DNA of 56,009 bases, the filler included, from Sphacelaria rigidula (taxonomy: Eukaryota), in NCBI GenBank assembly GCA_964200075.2. It is 5 parts of 5 records of this genome, joined end to end, with 100 filler letters (N's around TTAATTAATTAA, not from the genome) between each part and the next. Parts side by side here need not be neighbours in the genome. Positions count along the whole stretch, not along the records: positions 1 to 11,123 come from CAXNAA020005355.1; 4 more parts are not named here. One strand, given 5' to 3'. Positions 1-10,883 of this stretch are shown in pieces (position 1 is the stretch's first letter; each line of letters begins with the position of its first letter). Both the position numbers and the translations under genes were made by a program. A model generated the notes under the pieces. It saw only the letters and a program-made list of their open reading frames with translations. It did no database searches and was not told the DNA's origin.

Positions 1-599
1 GCCTGAACCTGAACGTCAGGCGCGATATGGCCATTTTTTTCGTGACACTTTCAGCTGGTTTTGGGGGGGGGCTATCGTAGAAAGTGTCTGGTGTGATCCT
101 GTCGGTCGCAGAACAAGATACGCGAAATCGTTGTAGCGTCCCCGGGCGTCTTGCTATGGTCTTCCTCGTCTACAATATCGCCATCCTCCCCGGGGCTGTA
201 AGGAGCAAACAGCAGACCGCAAGTGCTGAACGTTTGAAGCACCCCTGGACAGCTCAAAATGTCGATCTTCATCCTAGGGAGTACTGTTCTAATGCAGAAT
301 CGTCGCGCATATCATTAAACCGTGGTGTCGATTTAGAACCGACATAACTCGCGTAACCTGTGCGCTCCGAGCTACTGTGCACTGGTAGTACTTGAGTATC
401 GGAACCTCTAGCGATGTGCACTGTAGTCGTCGACAGCCGCAAAATTCACTATGGTCATGAGCAGCCTCCTCATCCTTGTTTCCACCCTGGCCCGTGGGTA
501 TTTAGATATAAAAAACTCTTTCTGACACACCTATTGTGTTGATGCCTAATTTACGTGGCACGCTATTGAGTTGGAGGATTTATCGCTTTGCCATCGCAC

Positions 600-756
600 C
601 TCGATCGCCGTGGGTCTGTCCGGCGAGGATTTGGATAGCAATTTGACCACTAATACGCGGGCCTGCTTCGTGCGGTGTGCCGGTGGCTCCACATCCCCAT
701 TCAGGATACTCAACTTCAATGTCTTCCCACATCCGGAAAAGGGTGGGCGGTCGGGG
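600..756 (-). CDS. Kinase exon, subdomains X-XI
   Basis: cag|C PDRPPFSGCGKTLKLSILNGDVEPPAHRTKQARVLVVKLLSKSSPDRPTAIE|gtgcg; phase 2 matches the upstream donor. Confidence 0.85.
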
Positions 757-3700
757 CTGCCAATGGAGGGGAGGAATGTGAGGGAAGGGGGGTAGGTGAG
801 AAGATGCGGGAATTACAGCGCTCATGTACCGACAATGCATGGTGGGAGCTTGAGAGATTGTTGGCTGGTTCATCGGCTGACTGTCTCACGACAAACGAGC
901 GATCTTCCGCGAGTCTTGCCGTGGTCTTACGGTAAACAAAAATAGTCAAGGTGACTGAACAGCAACAACACTCGTTCGATAATAAAACAAAATGACTAGG
1001 AACAGAGAGGAAGAGAGATAAATATGTGTTACACCTATAAACCCACAACATGGCCGACGAGAAACGGTGCACAGGGAAATCTCTACAAACCCCTAGCAGG
1101 GGCATAGGGATAGTTGCAACAGGCAAGGCAAGAGAGGAGGTTTACGACGTAAGTATGTGAGAACCGCAGGAGGCGAAAGGTTTCGAGCACTGAAGCTGAA
1201 GTGAAGACACGCAAGTAAACGTGCACGCTAAGAATATGTGGAAGAGAAGAACACACGGAAGAAGGAAGCGGGGAACCATAGTGAAAAGCCCGAATGAAAA
1301 GTGCAACAGACGATAGGGCACGGCAGTCATAGGTATCCTGGCATCCCTTAACCCATCCGTGCAAACAACCCAGTCAACGGCAAAGTAATTTACCCTCTTT
1401 GCCGTTCCCATGTTGTTTGGCTCTGAAAACGCAACGAAAAAGATTTTGAACGAGAGGTTTGCACACGGGCTTCACTTGCATACGCGATACGGCGCAGGTA
1501 GCTGACACGCGAAAGGGAAAACGAAAAAGAGCATCACTTGTTAATATTGAGGTATGGTGTAAAGCGATGAAGAGAGAAATGATACGGAAAAAGCGTTGTG
1601 TGATATTTTGCTGAGTTTTGGACACATCCCGAGGTCTATGCCGGTCTTGGCTTCCTGCGTTGTTGGAACGCATCCCAAGATTCTCTTCTACTCGTATCAC
1701 CACGATTACCCCACCTTGCGCCCCTCTCTTTTACAAACCACAGACGTACACCCCCATAGCTTTTGAACTATTCTGCTCACCAACCCAGCATCATAAAAAG
1801 GCATACACCCAGGCTCCAAACGTCGATGGGAGAACCATATCCGTTTCGACGCATCTTGACATCAACGATTTCTGGAGCTTGGTATATGGGTGTACCTGGT
1901 GAGATTTGGAACGATACCGTGCGAGTGACATTTTAGGATGAAACAAGTTGATACGACGAAACTTGTTGCCGTCAAGGCATTTCACGTGCAATCCAACCTC
2001 TCGAGTGGCCGTCTTTGATTCCGGTACACTCACGTGGTCATCGTTGCACAGAACGGCAATGGTGAAACCCTCACGTGAACAACTTAGAACCGAGTGCAAT
2101 TTTTGCATACTAAGTCTTCCGTGACCATCTTGGAGCCTCACGACAATTTCTCATGGCCATGTGAAAACTGAAAAGAGGTACGAGTCCTCCGGGTGTGCGG
2201 AGAGTACTGGAAATGTGAACTTCTTCGGCAACTGGAACAAACGTGTCCCGTACCGCAACGTGATCGTCTCCAAACAAAGGAAACGATCGGTGAACGGGTA
2301 CCTTTATCATCCCAAACGGAATAGTCTGTACCTGAACGACACGTTTTGCACTAGCAGGTTAGTTGTGGTTCGGCGACTCTGTTCAGTGGATTCACTGCAG
2401 CCTCGGCGCAGAAATACACACGATTGGTTCTCCCGAAACAAAACACACACATTTGGTCATAGTTTGAAACGCATGGCAAAAATCGAAGTTTCATACTCAT
2501 CCATCATGGTGTATAGTGCCCGTGGCACCTGAGACTTGCCGACAGGGGGTGCGATTGCGGTGCCTAAGAGGTGTCTATGGTACGTATCGGCGGCGCGTGT
2601 CATTATGGTGCCTGGGAGGTATCTATGGTACGTGGCACTGGCACCTCATGGGTCGGGAAATGTGGTGACAAGTAGCAAATGCAACGTTGAAAAACTGCCT
2701 GACAGTCCTGGAATGCGTGGGAGAACCGCGTGCTTAGGGGACCGCGTCGGAATTCGAACACCACTATCGTCATGGTTAGTGTTGGGTTAGTGTTGGGGAT
2801 CGGGTCAGGGGCGTGGTCCCTGCAGGGACTGGCTCGATCGGCTTTGAAAAATGTCGGTCCTGAGATGTTTTGAACTGCGATGCGGTTCCCCAAGCACGCG
2901 GTCCTCCCACGCATTTTGGTCCAAGGGTTTGGAGTTGTTTGGACTGGCGGTAGGTTGAGGGTTGGGTATAGAGATAACGAAACCTAGGCAGGTACCCGTG
3001 TAACGTGCCGTGGTACCTCAGATAATTGTGATAGGTGCCCATCGCCTCCTGAGGTGCCAGTGCGACGTCGTTCAAGATGCCAGTGGAACTATGCACGATG
3101 TAGGGCACCCCTTCGGACTCTTCAGAAGCACGGGCACGTGAAGGAGATTCCTGTAACAACGTTTCCTTCGTACTTTTATTTTCTTCTTTCAGTTTGTTTT
3201 ATCTTCATTTCATTTGCATCTTGCCCCTTTCTCCAGTTTCGGTGAGCGAGAACTTCCGTCTACTGCATTCACCTTGAGTACCCAAATCTTGTGACCACGA
3301 CTAAATTTGTGACGAATCCATTAACGCAGATCGTTTGAAATGTTCACTAGCACCGTGCACTGTAGTGGATGTCTGTGGGCGGTAACGTTACGTCCTTTTT
3401 GTGAATGGGCAACAGTTGGCCATACCTCACACTCGTCCATCGGGTTCTAACCTCGCCATATTGTCTCACATGCTTAGATTGCTATTTCGTACCCTCATCT
3501 CACTTAAACGGACAAACACGTCGATAACACCACATCCCGTCCGCTCCGTGAAGTGTAGGGGCGTTGGACCAGGCTAGTATTACGGTAGGGGTTCACATGG
3601 GGAGCGCAGGGGCTGTTCCTTCTACCGTGTGACCACGACCGGATCCGTGAGGAATCAGCTATAATAGTGCGACGATCAATTTACATATGGGTTTTTGGGA

Positions 3701-6593
3701 CGTCTCAGCGTAGAATGAATTGCGTAAGTGCTGCTCTGTCGCTAGGTAGAAAGCAATGGTTACTCACCACACCGAACGGTCTGAGGACGCGAAGATGTCC
3801 TGCTCTGGCCAAAATCAATAATTTTCACGCGAGTGCAGGTAGCATCCAGCACGGCGTTGGAGAGTTTCAAGTCGCCGTGGATCGTATCTTTGGCGTGCAT
3901 GTGCGCCACCTGCCGATTTGTCCGTGTAAGAGTAAATGGGTATCGATCGGATATTTTGAGCATGCAACCAGGCCCAACAGTGTATCGTCACTGAATCATT
4001 ATGATGCCACGCAGTGCGATTCTGCACGTTACCCACTTGTCGCCGTGCAAGGGGGCTTTGACTTCCCCAGAGATACGCACCCTACGCTCGACAATCGGTC
4101 AGGGGATGGGAGTACTTGTTCGACCTGCGCGTAACTGCTCGCAACACAGGACAATCGACTGGGAGCTCACACCCGTGTGTTCTGTTTCCCTTTTTCAGTA
4201 ATGCCCCTTTGCCTTGACACCTCAATCGTGAATATCACACAGCTGAAGAGTTCCGTGGCAGAAATAGACATCGTCGTTCCGCCATCTTCGTGTTACGTTG
4301 AACAGCCGGAGTACGCAAACGGGTGTTGATTCGCATGGCATACTCACTCCTCCTACGAGCTGCCGGAAGAGACTCTTGATTTTTCTCTCCGATACAAGCT
4401 CCCGCCTCTTGAAGAATCTCATCAGTGTGCCACCCGTGCCAAGTTCCATGACAATATGACACTGAAGTCCATCCTGGGGTGTATTTTCCTTTATAAAAGC
4501 GGGCACGTGCGTAGTGGAGACGACCGATGTGATGTCCTCGTCGCTACGTCGGGACACGACTTTGAAAGATGCCCTGAGCACACAATCTTTGCTCAAATCA
4601 TATCACTACTTTTTCACCAGATGCCTAGCGCACAGCAAATTTCGAAGAGAGTTTGAAACACAACCACTGCGAAGCTGTTGGTAACGTTGGTGGAAAGGTG
4701 AACATCTCCCCAGGAGAGTGAAATAAAAACATGTCATGAGATTGTTGTTTGCGGGAAATGCGGCATCAAGCATGATAAGGTGTTACGGTAGGGGTGCACA
4801 AATATTTTCTAAGGTTTGAAATGTTGGGAGCCCTGTATCTCATCCAAAAACACCACTTAAGAAATATGTGGGGGTACGCCAGGATTGCGTTTTCAGTATG
4901 GTAGAGATAATCCGAATGAAATTGCAAACGGGGATGCCCCGACCCATATTCTCGTACAACCTAGAATCGTTAGGAGCCCCTGAACCAGACAAGATTTCGC
5001 GCAAAAAGTGCACCCCTACCGTAGCACTGCTTCATGCCTCTACCAAAAGGATGTCGAAGTAAGTCCTTGTTTTGTAAGGAGAAGAGTTTTTATATTTCCA
5101 TGCGCCAATGCATGATACGCACAACAGATGATCGGAAGGAACGGACCCCGAGCGGAGAGCGGAGGGCGGCGAACCATCTGCTCAACTCGCATGCATCACC
5201 AATACGTCTAGGCTCGGTATCAACAACAGCACTGTGAAACTGTAGGACAAGACTCGATCTCGTCACCATGTTGAGTGAGGAGGAGATAGAGAAGCATGTA
5301 CGAGAAACAGTCGTAACAATCCCCTGGGTGTGGATCACTTGCATGTGCGACGTTAACGGCGAGTGTATACCTCAATGACCTCCGCAAAGCCAATGATGCT
5401 GGGGTGGGAGAGCGTCCTCATTATTTTCACCTCCTCTAGATCCCCCTTCTCATCGATCTGCCCGCGACGTGGTAGGCGGTCAGCGTTTGCACCAGGACAT
5501 AATGGTGGAGAAACGTTCGCACAGTTGTTGAAGGTTATGCGCTTGTCGGTCTCTGAGCTTAGGGTCTGAAACACCTCGAACATTTATGTTCACCAATTTT
5601 ACGGCCACGAGTGATGTGGATGATATTCCGGAAGGTATGTCGGTGCGATGGACACACGACTGCAGCAGTGCTTTGAGAGGGAAGGGTTTTGCTCGGAGCA
5701 TACCTTCTTCGGCTGATAATCTACTTGCTTCATCATCCGTGGGTGTGATTCGTCTGGATTTTGGAATACGAAGGTGCAACGCTTTACATGCTGCGCATAC
5801 CTCATATTCTTCTGCACATACTGTTTTGATGGCAACAAAGACGCCAGACTTGACATGCTTGGCTTTCTTTACCTATTAAGTGGTCAGATATGGACGCGAA
5901 AAAGAAGGTAAAAGGGAAGAGGGGTGCGGAAGAGATATTTTGAGGGTGCGCTTCTGTGATGTCTCGTGAATGTAGCGCATGCTTTTGGGATAAATATTTG
6001 TATGAGGATGCGCGAGATCAACCAGCTACGCAGCGTTTGGCAAACACCTAGCTATCGAGGTCGTTCAGTTCTTCTCAACAGTCCACCATGTAGACGAAAA
6101 GCTTAACACGAAATTGAACGCAAAGCTTCTAGCTCGTTACAATACTTACGTGTCCGAAGTCGCCCTTTCCCAAGATGATGTCCTCGATGGAGTATGACTC
6201 CAACTTCCCGGTCATGTGCGGCCTAAGGACGCCGAGGTTGGTAACAACCTATATGGTGGACCGAGAGCGATATCATGATATTGCGCGTTTTTGTGAGTAG
6301 TCGCTCTGATATCATCAGGGCGGTCAGTCTCACTCTAACGCTGACAAAACCGACCGTAGAAGGTCCACCCGTCTCGTCAGCATCAAGGCGCTTGCTGTTT
6401 CCAACGACGATTTGAAGAAGCCCTTCGTGGAGGACACCTCAGGTTCATGGGCAATCGCCGACTCGTCGCTTGTCGCCGCGCCCCTGGCTCCGCCAGCATT
6501 ACCATCAGACTGCTGCCGCGATAGCCCCCCCCCGAACCGGCCAAAAGAGTGCACGGAGGCGATGATCATGATTGCCTTCAGAGCTGCTTTCAT
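600..6593 (-). CDS. Multi-exon Ser/Thr protein kinase (CAMK-like, non-RD HGD type); first and last exons unresolved
   Basis: Hand-spliced GT-AG exons with consistent phases: 6593-6334, 6222-6150, 5872-5822, 5457-5371, 4473-4348, 3909-3768, 1895-1781, 756-600. The join gives LGKGDFGHV..VAIK..EEV..HPSI..IVME..HGDLKLSN..DFG..CGTPIYQAPE..DVWSLG..PPF..RPTA, i.e. kinase subdomains I-XI in order. Confidence 0.9.
1781..1895 (-). CDS. Kinase exon, APE and DxWSxG
   Basis: cag|GT TPIYQAPEIVDVKMRRNGYGSPIDVWSLGVCLFMMLG TG|gtgagc. Confidence 0.92.
2630..3068. mobile_element. Putative TIR element hosting telomere-MITE copy 1
   Basis: Inverted pair acgtggcactggcacctca (~2630-2648) and tgaggtgccagtgcgacgt (3050-3068). 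Confidence 0.45.
2712..2915 (+). mobile_element. Telomere-repeat-bearing MITE, copy 1
   Basis: TIR aatgcgtgggagaaccgcgtgctt / aagcacgcggtcctcccacgcatt; internal degenerate GGTTAG units and palindrome gtccctgcagggac. Confidence 0.85.
3768..3909 (-). CDS. Kinase exon, catalytic loop and DFG
   Basis: cag|VAHMHAKDTIHGDLKLSNAVLDATCTRVKIIDFGQSRTSSRPQTVRC G|gtgagt. Confidence 0.92.
4348..4473 (-). CDS. Kinase exon, hinge/subdomain V-VIa
   Basis: cag|DGLQCHIVMELGTGGTLMRFFKRRELVSERKIKSLFRQLVGG|gtgagt. Confidence 0.88.
4784..5023. mobile_element. TA-flanked MITE (Tc1/mariner-type) in a kinase intron
   Basis: Perfect inverted ends tacggtaggggtgcac / gtgcacccctaccgta including TA; a similar end occurs at 3581. 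Confidence 0.8.
5371..5457 (-). CDS. Kinase exon, alphaC/subdomain IV
   Basis: cag|IDEKGDLEEVKIMRTLSHPSIIGFAEVIE|gtata. Confidence 0.9.
5822..5872 (-). CDS. Kinase exon, VAIK lysine
   Basis: tag|VKKAKHVKSGVFVAIKT|gtatgt, 51 nt. Confidence 0.9.
6150..6222 (-). CDS. Kinase exon, Gly-rich loop
   Basis: tag|G PHMTGKLESYSIEDIILGKGDFGH|gtaagt. Confidence 0.9.
6334..6593 (-). CDS. Kinase N-terminal exon (5' boundary uncertain)
   Basis: ORF MKAALK..SAL ends GA|gtgag, and phase 2 matches the next exon. Could start at ATG 6593 or at the CAG acceptor 6597-6595. Confidence 0.6.
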
Positions 6594-7329
6594 GCTGCAC
6601 GACGGGACTCATTCGGGCGTTATCGCTGATTTCGGACTGCTACACGCCTCTCATGCGGGCGAAATTGCTGCAAACGAGCCCAAGAGTGGGATCGCAGCCG
6701 GTTTGTCGGACGGTCTCCGGTACACTTCGTGTGGGGGGCTATCTCGGCATTAGTCATCAGGCGACAGTTTCACCCTCATCATTCCGTCTTTTTGCGACAT
6801 TCTGTCGCCCGGTGCCTCATGTGATGCCTCCGTCTTCTGTGCCGATCGACGCGCCATAGGGTATATATTGATCGTGTTTACTTCCTCTAGCCCCTGTTGT
6901 GTAGAGGTAGGCGCCCCGTGAGCCAACACACTTGCTGTGAGCTCCTTTCATTGAGATCATCATGCTGCAGCTTACTCACTGTAAACCCTTGGGAAAAACA
7001 AGGGTATACGGCCGCTGGGTATGGCTTACGATGGCAAGCAAAAAAAGGGATACAGCTATGTGGGATGGGTTTCGGCACCGTACGCGAAAAGAGGGTACCC
7101 ATGAACTACACGAATAACTACACCGTTGAAACACAAATTTCTTGAACGTATAATTCCATCGCTTCGGCGGATGTAATGGGCACCTTCTCTCTCCTGCTAT
7201 CTTCCGTCAAGCGGTCAAGCTCCTCCTTCTCATCCACGCGGGACGAAACCATCGCGGGGGTCTCTACCGCGCCGGCAACGTCCCCCCTGGAACGGCAAAC
7301 GCGCAGGCGACACGTGGGAATAAATAATT

Positions 7330-7752
7330 TTTGTTAAACCGTTCTCCGAACAGCTGTGGTAGTCGTCTATGAGGCTGCCTGGGGTTGCTTTCTTGTTTTC
7401 GAGTTGAACCCGAACATGGTGGCCATGCTAATCTCCTTGTGCCACCTGCCTTTTCCTGTTTCGTCCTTTGTTACCTTCTCTCTTCCTTTCTTTCGGTGTA
7501 CATTTTTCACAGATCTGGCGTTTGTTGCTTGTGTGTCTGTTTGTTTTTCTTTCTTTCTTTTCTCTCCCCATTGAACTCGGGGGAGCTACTTCTCACCGGT
7601 TGTCGTGGCGTCTCTCTTCTTATTTTTATTTCCGGCAATGTGTCTTGTAAGGAGTAGCAGGAAACGGTATTGGAAAGACGAGCCTACGTCTGTGACCACG
7701 GGTTCGCGAGATCGGACTAATGTGCGGAAATAATAATAATAACAATAATATT
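7330..7752 (+). mobile_element. 5'-truncated non-LTR retroposon 3' end with (AAT)n tail
   Basis: T-rich tract, then GTGACCACG at 7692, then (aat)n. The 5' boundary is approximate. Confidence 0.6.
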
Positions 7753-7906
7753 AATCACAACTAGTGGTAAGCCCCGGCTGACGCGCGCGGCAGCGGTGCC
7801 ACAGGTTTCAAGGCCATGGGTTTCGCATGCGTGAAGGCTTTGAACAAAATGATGAAAGGTGACCCTGACATAGACCATCATTCATTATTATAGGGGTCGT
7901 CATTAA

Positions 7907-8005
7907 CCGTTAGAGGGCGAGAGTAGGTCATTTATAAAACCGGCGTCAATTTCACTTGAGAAAAGTATGCATGATCCATATGAACTACCCTGGGCGGTCT
8001 AAGGA
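7907..8005 (+). mobile_element. ~100-bp piggyBac-like MITE (degenerate)
   Basis: TTAA at 7903-7906; body aligns by eye to the copies at 10343, 10445, 11024 and 13469. Confidence 0.6.
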
Positions 8006-8187
8006 TCGATATTTTTTTCCCCATGTTTCTCATCCATTTTGATCCATGAAAACGGAGGCAAAATAAAATCCGGTATCAACGACCCTACAAGCAGGTCACG
8101 ACTTTGAACCGCACGGCTAAACGTGAGCATCACGAAAGAAAAGGGAAACCCTGACCGTGTTGGCGCTTGCCAGGCAACGCCGGATGT

Positions 8188-8273
8188 TGCTCCGTCTCGA
8201 AAGGGATGCGTGGTCAATGGTCAAATGACTAAGGCAAGCAACAAATGAGTACGCCCCCCCCCCCCCTCCCCCC
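8188..8273. repeat. Dispersed repeat end (gctccgtctcgaaagggatgcgtggtc..gagtac-polyC), copy A
   Basis: Near-identical to 20633-20720 and 22446-22530. Confidence 0.85.
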
Positions 8274-8679
8274 GACCGGATGTACAATAACGAAGTCTAA
8301 CGACATCGATTCCAGCTAGTCGATACTCGTCGGCAGTAGTGAGGTGTCGGCCGCCTGTATCGCATGGGCAACATGCTGGCTGTATACATCTACTCGAAAG
8401 CGAGGGTATTCGTTGAGAGCCATGATGGCTTTTTCCTGGCGCGTGTCGATGGCATTGCCGTTGGCGTTGAGAGTGATGCCTGCGTTGACATCGTACTGTT
8501 GCTATGAAACGCCTGGCGGTAGCCATTAGCGATGTTTTCGAACCCCGCTGGCCTGTCGTAACCATCATGATACTCCGGACAGACCCCTTTTTCACGTTAA
8601 TGTGTGGATATAGTCGACACAACCGGCCCTTGCACGGTCATGGTAAAATTCACGATGTGTAACCCATGTCGTCAGGCGC

Positions 8680-8979
8680 CACCTTTCCCCTTTCTGATAT
8701 CTCCTCAGTGCGTGTCTTTTACCAGTTATGTTGAGGTAACTTTTTATCAGGTCGTATTTTTTCCTTCCACCGCACTTTCAGTTTGTTTTATTTCGTATCG
8801 CGTCTGTGAATTTTCCGGGTCCGACCATATACATTTGTTTTCCATTTTTTCCCTTCATCATACCTTAGTTTGGGTAGTTCATGTGACCACGGAAGGCGTC
8901 CGTATCAAATGTGGAGAAGAGACTACTACTGCGCAGATATTGGAACAGTTTTCATGTGAAAACAAACACAACAACAACG
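8680..8979 (+). mobile_element. Non-LTR retroposon 3' end with (AAC)n tail
   Basis: T-rich tract, GTGACCACGGAAGGCGTCCG at 8883, gcgcagatattggaac, then caacaacaac; same family as 10778. Confidence 0.65.
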
Positions 8980-9445
8980 TACATTTGCGTAGGCGGGGTT
9001 ATATCGAAAGTGATACCACTTTTTGAATAGTCACTTTTGAATATTGATTGCCAACAACGACCAGTCTTCAGTCGTTTCATAAAGGGTCCTTGTCCAGATT
9101 AGGGTTGTACGCCAGCTATTAACCATATGAGGCCGGTTCTTATTTGGTCAGAAAACGGACTCTCTGAGGATTACCCTTTTTGAGCCTTTCATCTCGGATG
9201 GATATTCGGCGAAATACAGGCTTGGCGGATTGGGTCTCCTCTGACAGATTTGCTATGCTTTCCAAGAGAATTCTCGCGCATTTTCCCAATTTTTCGTCGC
9301 ACAGTTTGACATGATTCCCAATTTTGGGGCGACAGAAAAAATCGGGAATCCGGCCAGAAGTAAAGTGGGCGACGAAACGGGAATGTGCGCTGGAATCCTC
9401 TCATGGAAAGCATAACAAATCTGCCAGAGGAGGCCCAAATATTGC

Positions 9446-9737
9446 CCAAGGCCCCTATGCCGCCAAAATGCCGTTATGAAAGGCTCGAGAAGAGCAGCAA
9501 TCAGATAACCCGTTTTCTGACTGTGTGTGTGTATCGTCGTCCCATCTATTCTGGACGCCAGTCTACACCTTTCGGTACATGTGGGCACACCGCCAAGGCC
9601 CCTATGCCGCCAAAACGCCGTGATGAAAGGCTCAAGAAGAGCGGTAATCAGATAGCCCGTTTTCTGACTGTGTGTGTATTGTCGTCCCATCTATTCTGGA
9701 CGCCAGTCTACACCTTTCGGTATACGTGGGCGCACCA
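9446..9737. repeat. Tandem duplication of a ~146-bp unit (SINE 3' end plus flank)
   Basis: The unit ccaaggcccctatgccgcc...cacc occurs twice in tandem with high identity. Confidence 0.9.
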
Positions 9738-10007
9738 GCCGAGGTCGCTCAGGAGGAAGGTCAATACAGGAACTTCTTCTTTTTTGTTTGTATTTGATAC
9801 CCCACCTTCCTTCTGCGGTGCTTGCTTTTTTTTTATCGCGAGAGGGGTTCAGCAGGTCCTTTCCCTCTTTGACCGTTGAGTCAAATTGTGTGTACCCACG
9901 ACAAAGTCGCTCTCCACTGTTGGGCATGGTGTGAGAAAAAATCCCGGATTGCTCCGAGAATTGAACCCACGACCCAGCCGTCAGAAGATTTCGAGGTCAC
10001 CAACTGA
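9669..10007 (-). mobile_element. tRNA-derived SINE
   Basis: Minus-strand head ttcagttggtgacctcgaaatcttctgacggctgggtcgtgggttcaattctc (A/B-box-like); unrelated body; (CA)n tail at ~9670. Confidence 0.6.
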
Positions 10008-10342
10008 AGGGGATTTTGAAAAAGGGGAGAATCCCCTTTGATAAAAAGGGGCCTCATCTGTCACTACTCGTCGCGTGACCGATTTCCTTCCGTCCGCGTG
10101 TCTTCCAACCGCCAGCCCGAAAATAAAGAAGTGATCTCTATTGATTTTTTCAAATCTGAAAGTTGCTCGCTTACTTGTTCCCTTCTACTGTCTGTTTAGT
10201 CCACGCCGACAAATTTTGAAGGGAAAAGAGCTGCCGCGCTTTGTGTGTTGTACCAAGCGGCAAAGAGAACCCAGGTACAGGGCGTGGCGTGTACCGCAGT
10301 AGCAACATCATGGCGACTGCATTATGCTCTCCTGTCTGTTAA

Positions 10343-10546
10343 CCCCTTAACGGCGACGGTAGGTCACCTGCTGAATCGGCATCATTTTTACTTGAAAATA
10401 TGTGTGATCCAGATGTACTACCCGCATCACGGTCTAAGGGTGAACCCTTTGATCTCGAGGGTGGGTCACCGGCAGAATCGGCATCAATCTTCACTTGAAA
10501 AACATATAGGTGGTCCAAACGGACTACCCGCACCGGGGTCGAAGGG
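10343..10546 (+). mobile_element. Two tandem ~100-bp piggyBac-like MITEs
   Basis: TTAA|CCC..GGG|TGAA|CCC..GGG|TTAA; units 10343-10440 and 10445-10546 share gaatcggcatc..acttgaaaa. Confidence 0.8.
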
Positions 10547-10619
10547 TTAATCGTGTTGCGTCCATCGCTGTTCATTTCTATTTGGCGTCGCGCGTCGAGT
10601 TTCGAAGCCGGGTGCCACC

Positions 10620-10817
10620 CCCTGAAGTCCGAACAACTACGTGCGGCACCGGATCTTCTGAGGTTAGCCATATGTACTCTCTTTATTCTTCATCATTCAT
10701 CCCTGTTTGGCTTGCTTGTATCGCGTGTTGTGAGTTTGAATCTACGTTTATTTTGTCTTTTTGTTTTTTGCTAGCCTGTGACCACGGAAGGCGTCCGCAT
10801 CAGATGCCCAATACGAA

Positions 10818-10883
<66 letters not shown>

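Noticed and set aside
84-347. LKHPW motif as the missing last kinase exon
   Set aside because: It is on the opposite strand to the kinase and lies in a decayed repeat.
9446-9737. CRISPR-like array (also considered 10343-10546 and 45100-45162)
   Set aside because: There are only two or three units, no unique spacers and no cas genes, and the context is eukaryotic.
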